From positions 229,449-293,448 of the forward strand of contig MFDN01000001.1 of the NCBI GenBank assembly GCA_001776935.1: a DNA stretch of 64,000 nt. The letters run 5' to 3'. The notes below the pieces were generated by a model. That model was not told the DNA's origin. It searched no databases and was given only the letters and a program-made list of their open reading frames with translations. The position numbers and the translations under genes were made by a program. The stretch is from Candidatus Daviesbacteria bacterium RIFCSPLOWO2_01_FULL_39_23 (GTDB taxonomy: Bacteria > Patescibacteriota > Microgenomatia > Daviesbacterales > UBA10151). Below are positions 58,901 to 64,000 of this stretch, one piece after another. Position 1 is the stretch's first letter; each line of letters starts with the position of its first letter.

Positions 58901-59589
58901 TTAACGCGGGCTTCTTTTACTCCCGGAACTTTTTTAAGAGATCTCTCAATAATCCCGGCACAAGACGTACAATGCATGCCGGAAAGCGAAAGAGCAACTT
59001 TTTCTGATCCTGAATTTTGTGGAGGTGTAATTTGTTGTGCAACGCCAGTTGTAATTCCATTTGGTATACTTTCTGATATTGTTCTTGATTCACCCTTGTT
59101 AACGTCGAGGGTATTAAGAAGATTTACAGACCTAAGTAGTCTATCAATAAAGTCTTTCGAGTCTTCCGTTTTATCCTTTGGTATAGAAAATTGGGCAGCC
59201 TTTTTATTATCAACCCTGCCATCAAAATATAACTTCCCATCTTGTCCTTCCAAAACCTTTCCATCGGCTGTAGTAACTGACTGAAACTTGATTTTCATGG
59301 GTTTACCATTAGACAATATTTTTTGAGTGACCTTCATGTCAGAGATTCCGTTTGTTTGCTTTTGTAAAAGAGTCTCTATTGTCGCTTTGTAGCCAGCATT
59401 GGCCACAGCTTTGATAATATCATCTGGCTTACTCTGGCCTAAGTTAAGAAAAACCGATCCTTTACCAGATTTAAAATCAATTTCTGCATCACTTGCTCCA
59501 GGCAGCTCTCCTAACTCGTCCTTGATTAACATCTCACAAGAACCGCAGTGCATTCCTGAAACTGTAAAATTAATTTTTTGCTTGTCCAT
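55975..59589 (-). CDS. copA: Cu(I)-translocating P1B-type ATPase with two HMA domains and a C-terminal extension
   Basis: [50 protein letters not shown]. Confidence 0.93.
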   Translation of the reverse strand: MDKQKINFTVSGMHCGSCEMLIKDELGELPGASDAEIDFKSGKGSVFLNLGQSKPDDIIKAVANAGYKATIETLLQKQTNGISDMKVTQKILSNGKPMKIKFQSVTTADGKVLEGQDGKLYFDGRVDNKKAAQFSIPKDKTEDSKDFIDRLLRSVNLLNTLDVNKGESRTISESIPNGITTGVAQQITPPQNSGSEKVALSLSGMHCTSCAGIIERSLKKVPGVKEARVNFTAEKASVTVDSGSVSEDALIEAVKKAGYKATVLDEADPEFETRKQQEEISGQFKKFIISFILSVPMLYFMFFEFFQGLPGSAILSPYIGIASLILTTPVQFIIGKGFYKGMWSALRMRTFNMDSLIAIGTSTAYFYSLFNFINYFLTKGSLIGLNGARIPDLYFETAAFLITFVILGKWLEAKAKGRTSEAIKKLMGLQAKTARVIRNGQTLDIPIDQVVKGDLLMVRPGEKVPVDGVIASGTSAIDESMITGESMPVEKKEGDNVIGGTINKTGSFQFTATRVGAETTLSQIIRLVEDAQGSKAPIQAFADRISAYFVPAVIGIAALTFIVWFFVLGAPLAFALMAFTAVIVIACPCALGLATPTAIMVGTGKGAEHGILVKGGEPLESACKINAIVFDKTGTLTKGKPEVTDIESLGSLDEDEVLEIAASIEKQSEHPLAEAIYNYAQEEEVKLQEVTNFKAIPGHGVQAEINGKVYYFGNRKLISDIVGLPIDRVNRKMTRLEDQGITVMILATKEEILGLIGVADTVKETSAEAVEKLQRMGIEVWMITGDNERTARAIAEQVGITNVLAEVLPEDKANEVKKLQNLGKKVAMVGDGINDAPALAQAELGIAMGSGTDVAMETGGIVIIKNDLRDVVHAISLSKETMGKIKQNMFFALFYNVIGIPVAARVFAGMGLVLKPELAGLAMALSSISVVSNSLLLRRYLPGKTNYLSIFAPALMMLLFTFVFFEFARFSSNMSKETPMIAAAEGISPINKQAGEMLSQGQNKINFADNNPKLFLQTVSLNNKSLKAKEGVLTLGRDEVVVGYEEAMAMKEKQLFQKPGDIINDFFGIPQVKVVGILEQTGTLLDKYYFVNSDTFGELSSTGNIKVSLASDGTSKFFYSASGNIPEKVKDNIRSDGFNPVYIANNKYEPVYIGVDEAEMMKKEKVFSRDGDLIKNFFSRNIIVAGVLPKTNTVLDTFHFVNTN

Positions 59590-59652
59590 ATTGTTATAGT
59601 GTGCTTCACATGCTGTAATCTTTTAGATTATGGGTCATAGTATACAAATGAA

Positions 59653-59673
59653 ACATTAAGATTTGATGAAAAT
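59653..59673 (-). promoter_or_regulatory. Regulator box upstream of copA
   Basis: ATTTTCATCAAATCTTAATGT, 20/21 identical to 62562-62582; TG-TATACT follows. Confidence 0.7.
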
Positions 59674-59699
59674 TTAATTAATCTTCTATTTGTAGACCA

Positions 59700-59897
59700 T
59701 TAACTAATTTGGTACTCAGTCCCTTCTAGGGCAAGTTTAACCTCATCAGAAGTTATTGAGCGATTAGCAACAACAGTTACTTCACCGGAAAGTAAAGCAA
59801 TAACCTGCGAAACTCCCTCAATCTTCATCAATTTCTTCTCGATGACTTTTTGGCAGGCTTGGCAATGCATACCTAGCACTTTAAATTTGTTTTCCAT
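59700..59897 (-). CDS. copZ: Copper chaperone (HMA domain)
   Basis: 65 aa, GMHCQAC. Confidence 0.88.
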   Translation of the reverse strand: MENKFKVLGMHCQACQKVIEKKLMKIEGVSQVIALLSGEVTVVANRSITSDEVKLALEGTEYQIS

Positions 59898-59898
59898 A

Positions 59899-61689
59899 TT
59901 AATTTACTTTTATCACCCCCCTCGGTATACCCATAGCACAGGTGATTAAATATTCACCTGCCTTATTTGGGGTAAAGTTAAACACAATTGGCTTACCTTT
60001 TTCAAATACTTCCGGTGTTTGAGTTAAACCTGGTACCATTATACTACCCATACAGCCATAACCATCGTCTTGAACGTCAATCTCCATCCGCACTGGTTGG
60101 CCAACTTTAGCTGTAAATGTGTTTGGTTGAATATCATTATCTTGAGTGTAGGTCATTTTGAGTATCTGGACATCCTCTTGGGATGTAGGCTTAGATACGA
60201 CAGGTTCACTTGTAGCAGCTGGGGTAGGAGTTATTTTCCTTTGGGAAATAGGGGCCGGAGTAGAAGTGGGGGTTGAAGATGGTGTTGGTTGAGGAGTACT
60301 TTGTACGGCAACAATACTATCGCTTCCATCATTTTCTATAACATTAAATGATCCACGGTACATACCCATGGAACAACTAAATTTCAAAACTCCAGTCTCA
60401 GTTGGCGTAAACTCGATAATATTCTCTCCCAAGCTTAGGCCTTTACGGATTTTTAACGAAGAGGATACAAGTGAGCTGGCACAGGTGTTGACATCTTTGG
60501 AGGTAATAACCCACTTAACAGGAATACCTTTTTTGACAGTAAGGGTATTTGGTGAATATCCGGAAGCGTTTTGGACCATTTTAGCTACTTGAACACCATT
60601 CTCCAAAGTAACGTTAGGGTCAGCAGTATCAGATGAAGCTGTGGCAGTGACGTTTAAAGGTGAGAGTAGATTTAAACCAGTTAGATTATAACCGTTAGAG
60701 ATATTAAATATAGCCAGAACAATTACAACAATCCCTGCAAACTTAAAGAAACTTTTAGCAAAAGCGCCTTTCACAACCGAAGTAAGACCACCAATCCCTA
60801 AAAGTCCTGGAGCTGTTCCAATAGCAAAGAAGCCCATTGTTAAAGCTCCTTTAACTGGATCACCTGTACTAATAGCAAAAAGCTGCATTGCCTGAGTGAA
60901 TCCACAGGGTAGAAAGAACGTCATGGCGCCACCGATCATTGAGTTTGTATGGCTGTATTCTTTTTCGTGATGCTCTTTGATGCCTAGTGCCCGGCTTATG
61001 AATTTAGGCAAAGTTATATTTACAGAGCGTAAACGAGGGGAAATATCGATAAGCTGAGCCCCCAGAAGGAACATTACCCCTCCAACAACAATGGTTAGTA
61101 GTCCCAAAACTGTTGGTGAAAGACTAAAAAATGAACCGGCAAAACCAATCACTCCTCCAAAGAAAAAGTAAGAAGCAATCCTGCCAATATTAAAAAATAT
61201 GTGTGGTTTAAATTTTTGTAATGAGGTAGCAGTTGGGTGTTTCTCGGCAAACTTGGCTGATGCTCCCAATACCAATCCTCCAACTAAGGCCATACAAGTA
61301 GAAAAACCCGCTGTTAAGCCAATTAAAAGTACAACCGGTAAACTGGAAAAATTATTAGATGTAGAACCAACCAAACTGAAGATTCCTGCATTACTTGCCA
61401 AAAGATATACAAAAAATAGAATTCCAGCCGCTGCAAGCAAGTCTAAATAATCATGCGGATTTTTTGAAAGGAGAGGTTTTTCTTCCTTCCCAACCTCATA
61501 CCCAGCTGCACCTACTGCTTGAGCAACCTTCTCCTCATCTATTATACCGTTATAATAAATCTCTGCCGTTCCTTTTGTATGGCTGACAGCGCATTTTTCC
61601 ACTCCTGGAACCTTAAGTAGCTCATCCTCAATGAGGATTTCACAGGACCGGCAATGCATCCCCTTAATATGTATTGTTGTGTTTTCCAT
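59899..61689 (-). CDS. HMA + DsbD_2/TauE-like membrane domain + two cupredoxin-like domains
   Basis: GMHCRSC; STCMALVGG, FLPCGFTQ; FSCSMGMYRG and ITCAMG. Confidence 0.85.
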   Translation of the reverse strand: MENTTIHIKGMHCRSCEILIEDELLKVPGVEKCAVSHTKGTAEIYYNGIIDEEKVAQAVGAAGYEVGKEEKPLLSKNPHDYLDLLAAAGILFFVYLLASNAGIFSLVGSTSNNFSSLPVVLLIGLTAGFSTCMALVGGLVLGASAKFAEKHPTATSLQKFKPHIFFNIGRIASYFFFGGVIGFAGSFFSLSPTVLGLLTIVVGGVMFLLGAQLIDISPRLRSVNITLPKFISRALGIKEHHEKEYSHTNSMIGGAMTFFLPCGFTQAMQLFAISTGDPVKGALTMGFFAIGTAPGLLGIGGLTSVVKGAFAKSFFKFAGIVVIVLAIFNISNGYNLTGLNLLSPLNVTATASSDTADPNVTLENGVQVAKMVQNASGYSPNTLTVKKGIPVKWVITSKDVNTCASSLVSSSLKIRKGLSLGENIIEFTPTETGVLKFSCSMGMYRGSFNVIENDGSDSIVAVQSTPQPTPSSTPTSTPAPISQRKITPTPAATSEPVVSKPTSQEDVQILKMTYTQDNDIQPNTFTAKVGQPVRMEIDVQDDGYGCMGSIMVPGLTQTPEVFEKGKPIVFNFTPNKAGEYLITCAMGIPRGVIKVN

Positions 61690-61701
61690 ATAGTAATAAC
61701 T

Positions 61702-62481
61702 TTACTGGGAAAGTTGTTGATCAATGGCTGTTTTTAAATCGCCAAAGGTTTGCGCAAACTCCAAGATTGTTCCCTCCACTTCTCCTGAAGTATTGGTTTT
61801 TCCTAGAAACCAAAGTGGAATTTTATTGATCCCAATATCTTGTGCTACTGCAAAATTTTTCTCAAACTCAGATTGGAATTTACTGCTATCCAAACATTTT
61901 TGGAAAGTGGTTACATTTAAATTTGTTTTTTTTGCCAGAGCGGGGAGATCATCGGCAGTAACATTTGTTCCATCCGATTTCATATTAGCCACAAGTTGGT
62001 CATGGAATTTAAAGTAAGCACTATCTCCCCCTTGATCTTTTGCACAAAGTGCAGCTCCAACTAATGAAGCTGTGGAAGGAATAGGAAGATCCTTATAAAC
62101 GAGTTTGATTTTTCCTGAATCAACATATGTTTTTCTTATTTCCGGTAAAACTTCCGTAAAGAATTTCTTACATTGAGGACAACCGTAGTCGGAAAACCCC
62201 ACTAAGGTAAGTTTATTGTTCTTCTCACCAAGGAGAGGATCTCCTGTAATTGAAAACTTTTTTGATTTAGGCGCCTCAAATGGACTATTGGTAGTAGCAG
62301 CTAAAACTTGCGAAGGAGCTTGAGTTGGCTGAGCTGCCTGGGCAATATTAGTTCCTTTATTTTGTGCTACTGAATTATTGCTTTTTAAGCTCCTGATGGC
62401 AACTAGAATTGTAGTAGAAACAATTAGCGCTCCCAAGATGATTGCTCCTGGGACTGATGTGAATAAAAATTTAGCTAACAT
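61702..62481 (-). CDS. DsbA/BdbD family thioredoxin-fold protein
   Basis: FSDYGCPQCKKF, YVDSGKIKLVYKDLP. Confidence 0.88.
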   Translation of the reverse strand: MLAKFLFTSVPGAIILGALIVSTTILVAIRSLKSNNSVAQNKGTNIAQAAQPTQAPSQVLAATTNSPFEAPKSKKFSITGDPLLGEKNNKLTLVGFSDYGCPQCKKFFTEVLPEIRKTYVDSGKIKLVYKDLPIPSTASLVGAALCAKDQGGDSAYFKFHDQLVANMKSDGTNVTADDLPALAKKTNLNVTTFQKCLDSSKFQSEFEKNFAVAQDIGINKIPLWFLGKTNTSGEVEGTILEFAQTFGDLKTAIDQQLSQ

Positions 62482-62561
62482 ATTTTAGGTGGTATAAATA
62501 AACAAGCTTGAAAACTCACTTTCAAACGTAGTCTTCAAGCTCTGATAATAATACACTACAG

Positions 62562-62582
62562 ACATTAAGATATGATGAAAAT
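62562..62582 (-). promoter_or_regulatory. Regulator box upstream of dsbA
   Basis: ATTTTCATCATATCTTAATGT; TG-TATTAT follows at the same spacing as the copA copy. Confidence 0.7.
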
Positions 62583-62602
62583 AGTATTAATGCTTAAATC
62601 TT

Positions 62603-62639
62603 AAAAAAATACCTCCGAGTGCTTTTGGCTCCTCGGAGG
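62603..62639 (-). terminator. Intrinsic terminator
   Basis: CCTCCGAG/CTCGGAGG hairpin followed by a T-tract on the minus strand. Confidence 0.65.
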
Positions 62640-62661
62640 CAGAAAATCCCTTGAATTTTAA

Positions 62662-62925
62662 TTATTTTTTCAACAAACCATAAACCTTAATAAAAATATA
62701 GCCAACAATCCAAGCTGTTATGGCGGATGAGATTATCCCCAAAATAAATGATGACATTGTTAAATTCCAATTCCCTAATTTACTTAGTTCAATACCATGA
62801 AACCAAGACTCCGCAATAGCAAACGAAATATCTGGAAATAGACCCACCAGTAACCGGCAAACCACATAAACAATAGCTGTTGTAACAGCTAAAGCATTGG
62901 GAATAGCATATGATTGCGTTTTCAT
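62662..62925 (-). CDS. DUF5676-like small membrane protein
   Basis: GGAGGTG RBS; YVVC..LFP...SWFHGI pattern. Confidence 0.7.
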   Translation of the reverse strand: MKTQSYAIPNALAVTTAIVYVVCRLLVGLFPDISFAIAESWFHGIELSKLGNWNLTMSSFILGIISSAITAWIVGYIFIKVYGLLKK

Positions 62926-62963
62926 GAAAGTCACCTCCTTTCTCTCGAATTAACGGAAAAATA

Positions 62964-63311
62964 TTATTGACCCATCATTTGTGTCATACCAGTTCCTCTT
63001 TCCGACATACTGTTTCCTTTAGTCTGCATCATCTGGCCATTTTCTTCTAGCTCTTTACCTTGTTGCATCATTTCCTGATCTCCATATGCTTGACCCTTTT
63101 GCTGCATCATAGCACCGCCACTCATCATCATTTTACCCATCTGCATCATAGTAGAACCGTTATCCTTCATCATAGAAGCTGTTTGATTCATATAGGCTTG
63201 AGAAAAAGGTTTATTATTTTGACCGATAAGATAACCAATAAAACCACCCACTAAAACAGCCACCACTAAATAAACGATGAGATTGCTACCACTGTTATTT
63301 TTTGTTGCCAT
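62964..63311 (-). CDS. Membrane-anchored Met-rich protein
   Basis: GGAGGTG RBS before ATG 63311; TM followed by M/Q/G-rich repeats. Confidence 0.75.
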   Translation of the reverse strand: MATKNNSGSNLIVYLVVAVLVGGFIGYLIGQNNKPFSQAYMNQTASMMKDNGSTMMQMGKMMMSGGAMMQQKGQAYGDQEMMQQGKELEENGQMMQTKGNSMSERGTGMTQMMGQ

Positions 63312-63315
63312 ATTT

Positions 63316-63987
63316 TCACCTCCCTTCTGTAAGTTTAATTCCCAAAAGATATTCATAAATTGGTCCAAGAAGAGCTCCCACCCCAAATGCCCAGACAATC
63401 TCCTCAAGAGGAACACCTCGAAGAATAAGTCCCGAAAGATTGTTTATATTCCAATGCATGATAAAATCAGGGATAAAGAAAGCAAATGCTGAGAAGAACA
63501 GGAAATAAAAAAGCCCAAAGAGCAAACCTGAATAAAGGATCTTTCCCAGCAGATCCGGCCTGGTAATAGTCATAAGGGCAATATTAATTATTATTCCGAT
63601 ATAAACTGCGTACATAAAATTTATCTTAAATATTGAGTAGGCAAGAAATATAGCCAAAATTCCAACACCTAAAACCAAGCCAGGTAAAAGTTCTCCTTTG
63701 AAACAACTACAAAGCCTCTGATGTTTAATCTTGCCTTTCATAAATAACTCATACAGCACTGCAACAATACCCCCTACAGCAAAAGTAAAAATGAAATCTT
63801 CAATAGAGAGCTTGGGGTTGCCAATAGTATCAGGAAGCCAATAGCCAGGAACAAAGAAAAGCTCAGATAGAGCAGCAGGGGTAATAATAAGGCTTGCAAT
63901 AAGCATCTCTTTCCTTAATTTCTTTTGGGAAATAAAAATTAAAAGCCAGATAACAAGTAGCAGCAATGAACCGAGCAGATAGTGCAT
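63316..63987 (-). CDS. Lycopene cyclase domain-like membrane protein
   Basis: Duplicated SIEDFIF / GVPLEEIVWAF motifs, multiple TMs. Confidence 0.7.
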   Translation of the reverse strand: MHYLLGSLLLLVIWLLIFISQKKLRKEMLIASLIITPAALSELFFVPGYWLPDTIGNPKLSIEDFIFTFAVGGIVAVLYELFMKGKIKHQRLCSCFKGELLPGLVLGVGILAIFLAYSIFKINFMYAVYIGIIINIALMTITRPDLLGKILYSGLLFGLFYFLFFSAFAFFIPDFIMHWNINNLSGLILRGVPLEEIVWAFGVGALLGPIYEYLLGIKLTEGR

Positions 63988-64000
63988 ATATTCAGTGTAT

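Larger units (their letters stand above)
34763..64000. mobile_element. Prophage-like integrative element at tRNA-Gly, with cargo; right end not seen in the window
   Basis: Integrase abuts the tRNA; immunity module, replication initiator, MTases, terminase and portal follow; base composition changes visibly. Confidence 0.8.

Noticed and set aside
1-64000. CRISPR array, cas genes, reverse transcriptase/DGR or rRNA
   Set aside because: No regularly spaced repeat-spacer array and no such protein or rRNA motifs were recognised.
34763-64000. attR (second copy of the tRNA-Gly 3' end)
   Set aside because: Not found by eye; serine-integrase cores can be very short and the element probably extends beyond the window.

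Overview
The window has two parts. Positions 1-34762 are host chromosome from a small-genome bacterium. Leaderless-looking genes, a reduced dcw cluster, DUF4012 and an eukaryote-type GlyRS suggest Patescibacteria/CPR, Microgenomates-like (inference). This part carries recO, glyQS, the dcw cluster (mraZ-rsmH-ftsL-ftsI-murE-murB-murA-murF-mraY-ftsW-murG-ftsQ-ftsA-ftsZ) with a HAD gene and a REP-associated tyrosine transposase inserted in it, ileS, rodA, rplU, rpmA, parB, lepB, tRNA-Val(CAC), a surface-glycan cluster and tRNA-Gly(CCC). From about 34763 to the end of the window is a prophage-like element at the tRNA-Gly 3' end. It holds a large serine recombinase, an XRE/ImmA-like/DUF3800 module, a Cro-like gene, a replication initiator with iterons, two DNA methyltransferases, terminase subunits and a portal. 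Three cargo blocks are interleaved: ECF sigma plus secreted proteins, AbrB plus an ABC transporter, and copper homeostasis. The most notable observations are: (1) a structured ~95-nt RNA candidate with its own promoter, convergent on the DUF3800 gene; (2) the integrase ORF has no stop of its own and reads antisense through the tRNA into a host gene; (3) an ~80-bp promoter/operator duplicated in front of two operons; (4) a standalone small RNA candidate with three GCAA-capped hairpins; (5) a covarying structured intergenic repeat family; (6) a long alternative-frame ORF inside the cytosine methyltransferase. All calls come from motif recognition by eye; no database searches were run.
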